Shown one piece after another: positions 52,600-62,860 of a stretch of DNA of 64,000 nt. Position numbers and translations under genes: made by a program. Position 1 is the stretch's first letter, and every line of letters begins with the position of its first letter. This DNA comes from an uncultured Verrucomicrobiae bacterium (GTDB taxonomy: Bacteria > Verrucomicrobiota > Verrucomicrobiia > Chthoniobacterales > JAFAMB01), in contig CAWEXO010000011.1 of assembly GCA_963813025.1 (NCBI GenBank), positions 384,001-448,000 on the forward strand, given 5' to 3'. Under the pieces are notes generated by a model. It was given only the letters and a program-made list of their open reading frames with translations. It was not told the DNA's origin and made no database searches.

Positions 52600-53990
52600 A
52601 TGGCAAAGAAAACCACGACCAAGCGAAAGAACAAATCAAAAACTCACCGGAGTGTTCTGGAACGGATCAATCTCAAGGCCGCAGGAATCGATATCGGGGC
52701 GAATTTTCACCTGGTGGCCATTCCCGAAGACCGCGGCTCAGAAACGGTGCGCAAGTTTGGCCCTTTTACGAGCGATCTGCAGCGGATGGCTGACTGGCTG
52801 AGCGAACACCACATTGAGACCGTAGTGATGGAATCAACGGGGGTTTATTGGATACCGGTGTTCCAGATTCTGGAGCAGAGAGGGTTGGAGGTAAAATTGG
52901 TCAACGCAGCTCATGTCAAGAATCTGCCTGGACGCAAAAGCGACGTCTCGGACTGCCAATGGCTTCAACAACTCCACACCTTTGGTCTTTTAAACGGCTC
53001 GTTCCGACCCAAGGACGAGGTCTGCGTCTTGCGCAGCTTCCTGCGCCTGCGCGACACCTTGGTTAAGGACTGCAGCAGCCATGTGTTACGCATGCAGAAG
53101 GCCTTAACCGAAATGAATATCCAAGTGCACCGCGTGTTGAGCGACATCACCGGTTATAGTGGCATGGCGATGATTCGGGCGATTTTGGCCGGAGAACGCA
53201 ATCCGCTCAAGCTTGCCCAGATGAAACACCCCCAAGTGAAAGCATCCACTGATCAGATCGTCAAAGCCTTACAGGGAGATTACCGAGCCGAGCATCTCTT
53301 CGCCTTGCAAACGGCCCTGGAACTCTATGACACCTACCAGCTCAAGATCACCGCCTGCGAAAGCAAGATTGAGCAACAACTTGAGCAATTCGACACTAAA
53401 CTAGATTTGGAGCAAGCCCTCGAGCAAAGCGGGGCGGCCCAAGCACGGTCGGCCCAAGTTCGCCTAGCCCTGCAGCGCCGAGCGCATCTGGCCAGCGTTT
53501 GTGGTGTCGATCTGAGTCAGTTGCCTGGCTTGAGCACCTTGGCGGTGGAAGTCATCATTTCGGAAACGGGTTTAGACATGACCTGTTGGAAAAGCGAAAA
53601 ACACTTTTGCTCCTGGCTTAAACTCTGTCCGGACAATCGCATCAGCGGCGGCAAACTGCTCAGTTCCAGCCCCAGAAAAACCAAGAATCGCGCGGCGGCC
53701 ATGTTCCGGCTGGCGGCCCAAGGAGCCATGCAAAGTAAGACGGCCATCGGCGCTTTTATCCGCCGCATCAAAGCCCGATTGGGGGCACCCACCGCCATCA
53801 ACGCCGGAGCTCATAAACTGGCACGCTTGTTCTATCGCATGCTCAAGTTCGGAGCTGCCTATGTCGAGCAAGGCAACTCTACTACGAGAAAAAATACAAA
53901 GACCGCCTACTTCACAATCTCAGCCGACGAGCCAAAGAATTCGGACTCCAACTCACGCCTCTAGACCCAGCCACGGATTTAGTTTCTTAG
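52600..53990 (+). CDS. IS110-family recombinase (DEDD), frameshift near 53875
   Basis: AAGIDIG, VMESTGVYW, RKSDVSDCQW, LCPDNRISGG; native C-terminus appears to continue in another frame to TAG at 53988-53990. Confidence 0.92.
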
Positions 53991-53994
53991 GAGC

Positions 53995-54116
53995 GGTAGG
54001 GCGATCCACCTTCGCGGACGAGCGCCAAGCGAGAACTTGTTTGACGTGTCCGCCATAGCCTTGGCGAAGGCGGAGCCGTCTGGAGTGGGTGGCTCATCCC
54101 AATGTCAGGCTTGAAT
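53995..54116 (+). repeat. ~120-bp dispersed GTAG-starting repeat (inverted copy at 29700-29819)
   Basis: ggtagggcgatc...gagaacttgtttgacgtgtccgccatagccttggcgaaggcgg. Confidence 0.85.
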
Positions 54117-54458
54117 AAGGAGATTGTCTCACAACACCCAAGCTCGGTAGAGCAAGCTCCTGCTTGACCTCCTTAGTGCCGGATCACGTCTCGATCCGGA
54201 CAAGTAGGCCGCCTGCGCAAGGCTACTACGGCGCGCCCTCCGCTCAATCGTTTGTGTCATTCCATATCCGGGCAGCGACGAAGGCTTGTCCCTCGTCGGT
54301 GAATTCATCCCTACCGCCAATCGCTTGATGGCGTACTACAGATTACCCAAAGCCCGATAAACCCGGCCTTGTCCGTATTCTGCGGCGATAATGGTTTGCC
54401 CATCCATCGCTGAAGTTGACACTAGTACGCGCCAAACCGATGATACGGCTTTTCGTTT

Positions 54459-54533
54459 GGCGGGGTAGCCAAGTGGTAAGGCCGAGGTCTGCAAAACCTC
54501 TATTCGCGGGTTCGATTCCCGCCCCCGCCTCCA
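54459..54533 (+). tRNA. tRNA-Cys(GCA)
   Basis: GGCGGGG/CCCCGCC acceptor, GAGGT-CTGCAAA-ACCTC, GGTTCGA, CCA; TTGACA at 54416-54421 upstream. Confidence 0.95.
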
Positions 54534-54574
54534 TGGCTTAAAAAATGAGGCACTTACGTCTCACCTTGCTAACT

Positions 54575-55015
54575 TCAGTTGATCCCATTGTCCGTGTGAG
54601 AAGCTTTGTCAGCCTTTACGTAAGAATCGGTCTCTGCTGTGCTTGAAATAGCGTGGGCGCCCGCTTCTTTGAAGATATCTTTTACGCGGTTAGTCTCATT
54701 GCGGCTTTCGGAATGAACCGCAAGAAGGATACCACCCTCCTTCACTCTTCTTTCATAGGACTTGGCTATGTACCCCGGGATACCTAAACCAACCACGGCT
54801 CCTGTCAGTCCGCCGCCAAATGCACCAATCGCGCTCTCGGTGAGCGCTACCTTTATCGGTCCGGCAGCAATGAACGGCGCCAAGCCAGGCATAGCCAATG
54901 CACCGATACCCGCTAAAGAAATATCGTTGTCCGAGAAGCCTGCGCTTCTAAGCTTTCTGACGAGCGCGTAGGCCTGATCTTCTGTGTCAACGAGACATAG
55001 TGCGGAACGTTTCAT
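54575..55015 (-). CDS. General-stress/glycine-zipper protein, apparently internally deleted
   Basis: GFSDNDIS is joined directly to LAGIGALAMPGLAPFIAAGP; GLGIP...YE..VKEGGILLAVH. Confidence 0.6.
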   Translation of the reverse strand: MKRSALCLVDTEDQAYALVRKLRSAGFSDNDISLAGIGALAMPGLAPFIAAGPIKVALTESAIGAFGGGLTGAVVGLGIPGYIAKSYERRVKEGGILLAVHSESRNETNRVKDIFKEAGAHAISSTAETDSYVKADKASHTDNGIN

Positions 55016-55630
55016 GTCAGTTGGATTGTCCCGTGTGAAAAGGAAGGCCATGTCCCTCAGTTTTCCGCTTTGACCTCAAAACCGTCGACCGCCTTTCATT
55101 TAGGTTGTGTTCCAAAGAGCGCGCATAACTTTGGCAAAGCTAAAGAACGCAGTGGCATTTTGGTCGCGCGTAAAGATATAGAACAGCGGGATTCCGAGCA
55201 CGGACGCTTGGATCACATGAAGGTCGCCTTTTGTAGCGATGATCGCTGTTTTCATCGAGTGTCCCGCTCTTTTCGGCAAATCCCCAAAAAAGAACAGCGA
55301 AAAAACGGAGATTTACAAAACTGTAACGCAAACGTAAGGCTGTCCTCTCGGAAACCTTTCAATCCAGAACGGACAAACGATGGCAAACGTTTAGGGCTCC
55401 TGCAAGTCCTCCTTGCGCGCGTTCCGATGGCCAGCCGATTGCAGCGTTTCTATTATCAGCGGCGCAGTGCAGCTCGCAGCGATTTTCCCCGGCTTGGGTC
55501 AAGTCGGCCGCCTAGACGGCGCACTAATAAGCGGCTTCACCGCCATTAGTTATACCGATCTTTGGCCAATTGCCCATTTTTAGATCCCATTGGTTCTTGG
55601 CCCGGGATCATGCAACTATAACGCTCCCTC

Positions 55631-56594
55631 ATGGAAATAGCCTTCTGGGTTCATCACCTGAACCCGTTTGTCGTTCGATTTAATGAACAACTTGGCATTC
55701 GCTGGTATGGACTGGCCTACCTGGCAGGTTTCGTCGCTGCTTTTTATCTGATCAAGTGGCTCGCCCGGAAAGGCTATGGCGCGCTCCGCGAAAGCGAAGT
55801 CGCCGATTTCATCTTTTACGCAGCCCTTTTTGGAGTGCTCGCCGGCGGCCGGATCGGTTACGTACTTTTCTACCGCCCCAACATGATCTTTGAAGATCCG
55901 TTGGGGATCTTTCGTGTTTGGGACGGCGGAATGGCCAGCCACGGCGGTATTCTGGGACTCATCATTTTCAGCTGGATTTACGCCCGGCGTCAGCCACATT
56001 TCCTGGACCGGAGTCGGGGACAACCTCGTCACCGCCGCCCCAATTGGATTGTTCTTTGGCCGATTGGCCAACTTCATCAACGGAGAACTCTACGGACGGA
56101 TCAGCCACGTGCCTTGGGCGATGCAGTTCCCGGCCGAACTTCTCGATCATCCAACCGAAGCAGCGGCGGCGATCGAACAGACAACCCGCCTTGATCCTGC
56201 TCTGAACTCGCCTGCGGCCATCATTGACGCCTCGCGCACCAATCCGCAGCTGCGCGAAATTCTGAGTCACATCTTGTCACCGCGCCATCCTAGCCAACTT
56301 TACGAAGCGGCCTTGGAAGGTGTCGTCCTTTTCGTTTGCCTGTTAACCATTCGGTTGCGTTTTCGTACCCCGAATGGGATAACGACTGCCGCTTTCTTTT
56401 TCCTGTACCCGTTGATGCGGATCACCGGCGAGTTCTTTCGCGAACCGGACGCTCCGCTGACCGGACCATTCACCCGTGGTCAGTTTCTTTCTCTATTCAT
56501 GTTTGTGGTCGGGATGCTCTTCCTCATCTCGGCCCTGCGACAAAAGAAGTCATCTTCGGGCGAAAGTCATTTCTCTGCCCGTTCCCAGCGTTAG
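55631..56594 (+). CDS. lgt: Prolipoprotein diacylglyceryl transferase, frameshift near 55990
   Basis: IRWYGLAY, GGMASHGG in the first frame; GRLANFINGELYGR, RHPSQLYE, EFFREPD in the second. Confidence 0.92.
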
Positions 56595-56607
56595 CCAGGA
56601 AGTTTTC

Positions 56608-56686
56608 GTAGCGCGAACGGCCTCGTCCGTACACCCTGGACGACTGGCTTATCCACGCATAGTACGGACGAGGCCGTCCGCGCCAC
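56608..56686. repeat. GTAG-type REP doublet (inverted pair)
   Basis: gtagcgcgaacggcctcgtccgtac (56608-56632) / gtacggacgaggccgtccgcgccac (56662-56686). Confidence 0.8.
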
Positions 56687-56733
56687 GCTTTTGACATTGG
56701 TGCTCCTAGCCGTCGCCAGTCCGGCTCGGATAT

Positions 56734-57135
56734 TCACCGAGGCGTTAATCGCAAAAACTGGTTTTCGGCCGTCTTGACCAGCACGATCCGCTTTTCCGAT
56801 TGCTGGCGAGTCTGATAAAGCGGGATTTTGCCAGAATCATCGACTCCGATCCGCCGCGCGTCGGCTTCCGGCAATTCCAGGGGCGCGTTGGTCTGCAGGA
56901 AATAGCTTTCCTTTTTCCAACGCAGAATCTCCTGGCCCGGATTACTCCGCGGATCGTACTCGACAGCGACAGAGTCGCCCACCGCCGTGGGCTGCCGCAC
57001 CACTTCCAGTTCGTTCCGGTGCCGGGCATCGAGAAAAATCAGCAGAGCAACAATCGCCAGCCCGGCCGGGAATCCTGCCAAAATACCATAAGCCCACTTC
57101 TGTCCCGGCAAACGTGCGTCGACGTCGTCTGTCAT
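56734..57135 (-). CDS. Hypothetical single-TM protein
   Basis: One hydrophobic segment; the upstream ORF extension is repeat-derived. Confidence 0.6.
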   Translation of the reverse strand: MTDDVDARLPGQKWAYGILAGFPAGLAIVALLIFLDARHRNELEVVRQPTAVGDSVAVEYDPRSNPGQEILRWKKESYFLQTNAPLELPEADARRIGVDDSGKIPLYQTRQQSEKRIVLVKTAENQFLRLTPR

Positions 57136-57253
57136 TAGTATTCCGCAACCGCCACTATGGACATCGGGAGCAGGACAGTCAATGAGCTGGCAAGGCAGAC
57201 GACCAACTCCTGACTCCTGATTACCGGACTCCTGCAACTCCTGCGACTCCAAT

Positions 57254-59776
57254 TTACGAAGCGATAACTGACGCCCGATGGCGCCCCTGATACCTCGTTT
57301 GTTGCGCCGGCAATAATGGCGGACACGCGGTTTTTGATGGGCTGACCGTTTGCTCGATATAGCTCCAAGCTACTCTCTGGAGATGCTGCCACCGATTCCA
57401 AGGGTAAACCGGCGCTTGGGCAACCTGGCGCAGCAGACTTCTCCATTCAATGATCGCTCGATCGATGTCGCCCGGTTGAAGCGCTTCGCCAGTCAATTTT
57501 TGCTTCGGTATGCCGTGTGCCACGATGTCGCGAATCACTTCGGAAGCGCCCGCCCCGTAACCTGGCGGGACACCGCTCTCGAGAAGACCGGAAGAATCGG
57601 TTCGAGCGTATACCTGCTGGCTTGCCAATCCTAACCGTCCGCTCACCCGGGTATCATTAAGACAGAAACGGTGTCCGGCTCGCAAGTTTGCCAGGTCGAA
57701 CACCAGATCTTTAATCGCGTAATCCTCCTGCTCAAGAGCGGCCGCTATAGCCAACCCTTCGCCTTGGTTAAAGAAGCTGGCGATTACGCCACGCCGAGTC
57801 GGTTCACCGGATTTTTTGACCAAGCCAAGCTGACGCCAAAGGAGCGCCGGAGTCACAGCCAAATCGAGGGATTCGCATTGCACACGGTAGAGGCAATTCC
57901 GACAAATCGCCGGGAATTCGCGGCGGATCTCCGGAGCCTTCAGACAACGGCCGGCCACGTCCAGATACCCTTCGGCCGGTAGATGCCCAAAGCTGAATCG
58001 AGCAGAAACAATATTTCGCAGCACGGCCTGAGAGACAAAGAGTCCGCCAGTCGCTTTTTCTAATATTGGCCGAAGGAGTTTTACGTATTCGTTCACGGAG
58101 ACGCCTGGAGAAAACACGAAGGCCGGATATTCCTTGTGCAGCAGCTTTCTCAGCCACTTTACAGGGCGCCACTGATCGCCCGTACGAGTCAAAACGGGAA
58201 TTTCCCGTCCATACACCCGCTCTTTTTTCTTCGCCGGCAGGCGGCAGAGCAACCCGATGCCAAGGCCTTCCAATGTGGTAGGTACACTAAGCGCCGGATG
58301 CCATCGGTCCGTACCGGCTCGGATCCAGAGCTTTTCCAGCGCGATCCCTGTCTTTTCCGGACAGAGTTCCCACTGCCCAAAGGAATTTTTCATTTCTAAC
58401 TGGTGACTGCGGACGAGGCGCGCTCGCTCTCCATCGACTTTCAATCCACAGGGCCGATCCACTCGTTCGTCTGAATGTTCGACCAACGGCATCTCTGCAG
58501 TCTGCTGCCCTAGTCCCGGCGAACCGGCTAGGGCCTTGCCGTCCCAGTAATAGACTTCAACTCCAAGCGGTACCCTGCCTTTTGAGAATAACCGGTGAGA
58601 GAGTTTCAAGGCTGCCGCAAAAGGATCAAGGTTCCTCTGGGCGGCGGCGTCCATCACGGCCAACAGCGAAGGCCAATCAAGCGCGTCCGGACGCCGAAGC
58701 TTCTGTGGGACAGCTTCGTGAATCCGGGGCACGTCCGGGGTCACGAGAACGTAACCGGCGTCATCCAGACCTCGTCGACCAGCTCGGCCAAACATTTGGA
58801 GGAGTTCATCGGGGCGTACCTGGCGCTGAAAATTGCCGGCCTGGTACTTGGTATCAGTCACCAGCACAGATCGGGTGGAAAAATTTATTCCTGCGGCCAA
58901 TCCCATGGTCGCAACCACCACTCGCAGCTGACCTTTCTTGGCGAGAGGCTCGATCAATCCAGCCCGCACGGCATAGCTCAGCCCGCTGTGATGGAAAGCC
59001 ACCCGATTCTTCAGAAGACGCGCGAGGGTGCGACCAGCCATCATCTTCTGCTCCGGGCTAAGAACCAGCGGATCGATCGGGGGCAAAGCCCCGGCCAGGT
59101 TTTGCGTCAGTTCCTCCGCGGCATTCCGGCGCGGCGCAAAGACCAGAACAGGCCCGAGATCAGAGAGCAGCGCGCGACTGATCAGCGTTGGCCAATAGCC
59201 GCGGACCCCATTCGGCGTACGCGCTGGCAAATCGTTGAGCATCACTTCATCCAACCGGATCGGCCGTTCTCGATTCTGGACCAACTCGGCGTCCCGTCCG
59301 ATCCGGCGGAGCCAGGCCACAATGTCTTCCGGGTTTGCCACACTGCCGCTCAATAACAACAGCTGGGTATGCGGGGGAGCTAAGGCGAGGATCAGTTCGT
59401 AGTTGGTTCCCCGAACCGGGTCGGCCAGCAATTGATATTCATCGACCACGAGGAGACGGGGACCTTGTCCTTGCAAGAATCCCCTCTTTTGTGTCTCCAG
59501 CGTGGCGACGACGACCCTGGCATCGAGGCGTTCGGTGATATCGCCTGTAGCGATTCCAACGTCCCAGCCCCGGGCCAGCCATTCTCTCAGCTTGTCATTG
59601 GCTAGCGCCCGGGTGGGAACAGTATAGATCGCCTGTCCTCGCAGGGTTTCGTAAAGCAACTCGAAGACATAGGTCTTTCCCGCACCCGTCGGCGCATCGA
59701 TTACCACATCTTTACCCGACCGCAGCAGATTGACGGCATCCTGCTGCCACTTGTCCGGGATGATCAGATTGACCAT
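57254..59776 (-). CDS. Ski2/HelY-like DEAD/DEAH-box helicase
   Basis: APTGAGKT, VVDEYQ, FHHSGL, LLQMFGRAGRRGLD. Confidence 0.88.
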   Translation of the reverse strand: MVNLIIPDKWQQDAVNLLRSGKDVVIDAPTGAGKTYVFELLYETLRGQAIYTVPTRALANDKLREWLARGWDVGIATGDITERLDARVVVATLETQKRGFLQGQGPRLLVVDEYQLLADPVRGTNYELILALAPPHTQLLLLSGSVANPEDIVAWLRRIGRDAELVQNRERPIRLDEVMLNDLPARTPNGVRGYWPTLISRALLSDLGPVLVFAPRRNAAEELTQNLAGALPPIDPLVLSPEQKMMAGRTLARLLKNRVAFHHSGLSYAVRAGLIEPLAKKGQLRVVVATMGLAAGINFSTRSVLVTDTKYQAGNFQRQVRPDELLQMFGRAGRRGLDDAGYVLVTPDVPRIHEAVPQKLRRPDALDWPSLLAVMDAAAQRNLDPFAAALKLSHRLFSKGRVPLGVEVYYWDGKALAGSPGLGQQTAEMPLVEHSDERVDRPCGLKVDGERARLVRSHQLEMKNSFGQWELCPEKTGIALEKLWIRAGTDRWHPALSVPTTLEGLGIGLLCRLPAKKKERVYGREIPVLTRTGDQWRPVKWLRKLLHKEYPAFVFSPGVSVNEYVKLLRPILEKATGGLFVSQAVLRNIVSARFSFGHLPAEGYLDVAGRCLKAPEIRREFPAICRNCLYRVQCESLDLAVTPALLWRQLGLVKKSGEPTRRGVIASFFNQGEGLAIAAALEQEDYAIKDLVFDLANLRAGHRFCLNDTRVSGRLGLASQQVYARTDSSGLLESGVPPGYGAGASEVIRDIVAHGIPKQKLTGEALQPGDIDRAIIEWRSLLRQVAQAPVYPWNRWQHLQRVAWSYIEQTVSPSKTACPPLLPAQQTRYQGRHRASVIAS

Positions 59777-59873
59777 CGCGCTTTACCTTCGGTAAAGCGA
59801 TCGCAAATAGCAAATTACCGATGATCGATGGCCGATGGCCTGAATTGCACCGTCATCGGGCATTGGTAATTGG

Positions 59874-60821
59874 TCATCGGCCATCGCACGTTGGCACCGG
59901 CCTCAAATTGAGACTCCGAAGCAGCGCCAGATCCTCTGCCGCGGCTGGATTTCCCGCCGTCAAAAGCTTGTCCCCGTAAAAGATCGAGTTGGCCCCGGCA
60001 AAAAAACAAAGCGCTTGCGCCTCGCGCGACAGTCGGGTCCGGCCTGCGGAGAGCCGCACTCTGGCCCGAGGCAGCGCGAGCCGGACAGTCGCAACCAGAC
60101 GTACCAACTCAAAGACATCGACCGGCGGTTGATCTTCTAAAGGTGTGCCGCTCATCGGCACCAGACAATTGATCGGAACACTTTCCGGCGCGGGATCAAA
60201 CCCGGTTAACACTTCCAGCATTTTCAAGCGGTCGATTTCCGTTTCCCCCATGCCGATAATACCGCCACAGCAGACCGACATTCCCGCGTCTTGGACCGCG
60301 CGAATCGTCCTTAGCCGATCGCTATAGGAATGAGTCGTGACAATCTGCGGATAAAAATCCTCTGATGTGTCCAGGTTGTGGTTGTAGGCAGTGACCCCCG
60401 CATCTTTCAGAGCCTGCGCTTCAGCCTGAGATATCTGGCCCAAGGTTACGCAAACTTCCATTCCGAGTGTGCTGACCGACCGAATGATGTCCAGGACCTG
60501 GGTAAAGCGCATGTCGCCCGCCCGAACGCCTTTCCACGCCGCGCCCATGCAGAACCGGGTTGATCCGTTTCGGCGCGCTCGCCACGCCGCCTCCAGAATG
60601 GTTTCCTTGCTCAATAGCCGCGTGGCGGCCACGCCCGTCGAATACCGGGCGCTTTGCGCGCAATAGGCACAATCCTCGCTGCAACCCCCGGTCTTGATAC
60701 TTAACAAGGTGCAAAGCTGCACTTCGTCCTTCGTCCAGATTACTCGATGACGGGCGCGCGCGGCCGTCAGGAGATCAAAAAAGGGCTGTCGATAAAGCGC
60801 CTCGAGCTCAGTTAAGGTCAT
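59874..60821 (-). CDS. bioB: Biotin synthase
   Basis: CSEDCAYC radical-SAM motif, YNHNLDTS, ESVPIN, GANSIFYGDKLLT. Confidence 0.95.
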   Translation of the reverse strand: MTLTELEALYRQPFFDLLTAARARHRVIWTKDEVQLCTLLSIKTGGCSEDCAYCAQSARYSTGVAATRLLSKETILEAAWRARRNGSTRFCMGAAWKGVRAGDMRFTQVLDIIRSVSTLGMEVCVTLGQISQAEAQALKDAGVTAYNHNLDTSEDFYPQIVTTHSYSDRLRTIRAVQDAGMSVCCGGIIGMGETEIDRLKMLEVLTGFDPAPESVPINCLVPMSGTPLEDQPPVDVFELVRLVATVRLALPRARVRLSAGRTRLSREAQALCFFAGANSIFYGDKLLTAGNPAAAEDLALLRSLNLRPVPTCDGR

Positions 60822-60851
60822 GGCGTGCGTTCCGCGGAGCACTTCGGGCGG

Positions 60852-61589
60852 TCAGAGCCCAGTGCTCCATCTCCCTTGGGGCGTACTCAAGACCGGAAGC
60901 TCGTTCGTCATGTACTGCGTCTTTCCGACTGCGCCGATCATCTTGGCTCCGGTCGCGTCATACCAAAGCTTTGACATGCTCTCGGCCGTGTAACAACCCC
61001 ACGCTTTCACCTCGGCATTCCTCACAAAAATACCGCGTCTCAACTTTTGTTTGAGTTCCGTTTCGTGCAGCCAAGCCTTCGAAGCGCTCCCGATCTGGTT
61101 GCTGTAATCGAACATGAAGCATGCTTTGTTCGAGTGCCCAAAATAGTCGAAGGACGCAATCTTGTAACGCGAACGATCCAGGCCGCCATCCAGATATCCA
61201 CAGACCTGATCCGTGTTCGTGAAGTAGATCAGGTTTACGTGGTACTTGTCCCGCACAGAGTTGATAATACCAAAAAGATTCTCCTTCTCCTGACGCTGTC
61301 TCCTCTGGTAGCTGGGCGCATAGACGAGCCACGTGATTCGCGCTTCCGGTCCATATTCTTCCCGGAGCTGCTCAATCCGGATCCGGCTGGCCCGAACAAA
61401 ATTCATCCACCAGTTGTCGTGCGGCTCGGCCTTGTATTTCTCCCATTCAGCCAACGACGGACCGCCCGTCAGGACGATGTGTTCGCCTCGATCAGGTTGC
61501 CGGGCCGGAGGAGCCGGAGCTGGTTGTTGGCCCATCGCCGGCAAACCGATTAAGCAAGTCGCTAGTAGACAGGAGAAAAACCGCGTCAT
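60852..61589 (-). CDS. Hypothetical secreted protein (possible His/Cys peptidase fold)
   Basis: Signal peptide; YFGHS and AWGC motifs. Confidence 0.7.
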   Translation of the reverse strand: MTRFFSCLLATCLIGLPAMGQQPAPAPPARQPDRGEHIVLTGGPSLAEWEKYKAEPHDNWWMNFVRASRIRIEQLREEYGPEARITWLVYAPSYQRRQRQEKENLFGIINSVRDKYHVNLIYFTNTDQVCGYLDGGLDRSRYKIASFDYFGHSNKACFMFDYSNQIGSASKAWLHETELKQKLRRGIFVRNAEVKAWGCYTAESMSKLWYDATGAKMIGAVGKTQYMTNELPVLSTPQGRWSTGL

Positions 61590-61718
61590 GCCAGCCTTTT
61601 TAACTCGGCCTCCGGCAACTTTCCAGCGTCATTCGGCTAGAGATCAGGAGTCGCAGGAGTTCAGTCGCTCATCGGCTATTGACTATTGGCCGTCGGCTAT
61701 TGCCGTCGGCCATCGGAC

Positions 61719-62735
61719 TCAGCGCAGAAAATCGCTCACCGCCTGAAAAAACTGTTCAGGCGCTTCCAGATGCGGAATATGTCCGACATTAGGAATTTCG
61801 ACGAGGCGCGCTCCCGGAATCTGCGCCACCGCCTTTTTCGCCAGTTCCGCTACATTCCCAAGATTGCGCTGGAGATCGATCGGAGCGCGATCGCGACCCA
61901 CGGCGGTGTGATCTTCCTGACCAACAATGAGCAGCGTCGGCACTTTGATCTCGGAAAGTTCATAGCACACCGGCTGCTGGTAAATCATCATAGTCGTGAG
62001 CGCCGCCGAGAGTGCCCACCGGGGAAAGTCCCCGCTGAGACTGACGCGCATCCGAGGCTCCACGAAGACTTCGGCCCGATACGCCGGAAAATTGACGAAA
62101 TAGCTTTGCACATACTTGCGAAAATTCTCCAGGGTCATCGTGAGCTCCTGTTGATAGAGCTGCTCCAGCGGGGCAGGCGGCACCGTCAAACGATAATCCT
62201 CCAGTCCAATCGGATCTTCCAGAATCAGGGATTCGGTTCGGCCGGGATAAAGCCGGGCAAAGCGGATCGCCAGCATTCCGCCCATGGAATGTCCCAGGAT
62301 TGTTGCTTTAGGCACCTGCAAAAGATCGAGCAAACCAGCCGTATTTTCGGCCAGCAAATCGAAGCTGTAATGAATGTTCGGCTTCGAGGATTTGCCGAAT
62401 CCGATCTGATCAGGGACGATAACTCGGAAGCCGCGATCGACCAGGAACTTGATCGTATCGGCCCAATACGCTCCCCAGAAATTCTTACCATGGAGCAGCA
62501 CCACCGTGCGTCCGTTCGCGTTCTTCGCCGGATGAACGTCCATGAAACACATCCGAAGATCCTGACCCTCGATATTGAGATTCAGAAACGCCGTGGGATA
62601 CGGATACTGCAGTTCTTCGAAGCATGTTCCCAGAGCTTCTTCGTACTTCTCCGGTAAGGGTTGCTCCTGCGCGATGAGATTCGCCGGGAGCAACATTGTT
62701 AATCCAAGCCAGCCTAGAAACCGGAGTGTTCTCAC
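61719..62735 (-). CDS. Secreted alpha/beta hydrolase
   Basis: LLHGKNF, DQIGFGKS, GHSMGG nucleophile, GHIPH. Confidence 0.9.
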   Translation of the reverse strand: MRTLRFLGWLGLTMLLPANLIAQEQPLPEKYEEALGTCFEELQYPYPTAFLNLNIEGQDLRMCFMDVHPAKNANGRTVVLLHGKNFWGAYWADTIKFLVDRGFRVIVPDQIGFGKSSKPNIHYSFDLLAENTAGLLDLLQVPKATILGHSMGGMLAIRFARLYPGRTESLILEDPIGLEDYRLTVPPAPLEQLYQQELTMTLENFRKYVQSYFVNFPAYRAEVFVEPRMRVSLSGDFPRWALSAALTTMMIYQQPVCYELSEIKVPTLLIVGQEDHTAVGRDRAPIDLQRNLGNVAELAKKAVAQIPGARLVEIPNVGHIPHLEAPEQFFQAVSDFLR

Positions 62736-62860
62736 GTCCGTATTTAGTCGGCAGTATTCCAGCCGCGCAACGGAAAACGGATTGAAAATCGCTTGAGCAA
62801 GCCGAATCCAGCGTTGTGGGCTTGCCGCAGGTGATCAAAGAAGCCTCCTGATTCAAGCAG

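Larger units (their letters stand above)
52300..53993 (+). mobile_element. IS110-family element (ends approximate)
   Basis: IS110 recombinase plus ~300-bp upstream non-coding region; no TIR or TSD; ends ...GTTTCTTAGGAG. Confidence 0.75.

Noticed and set aside
61686..62657. 323-aa plus-strand ORF
   Set aside because: Antisense shadow of the alpha/beta hydrolase.
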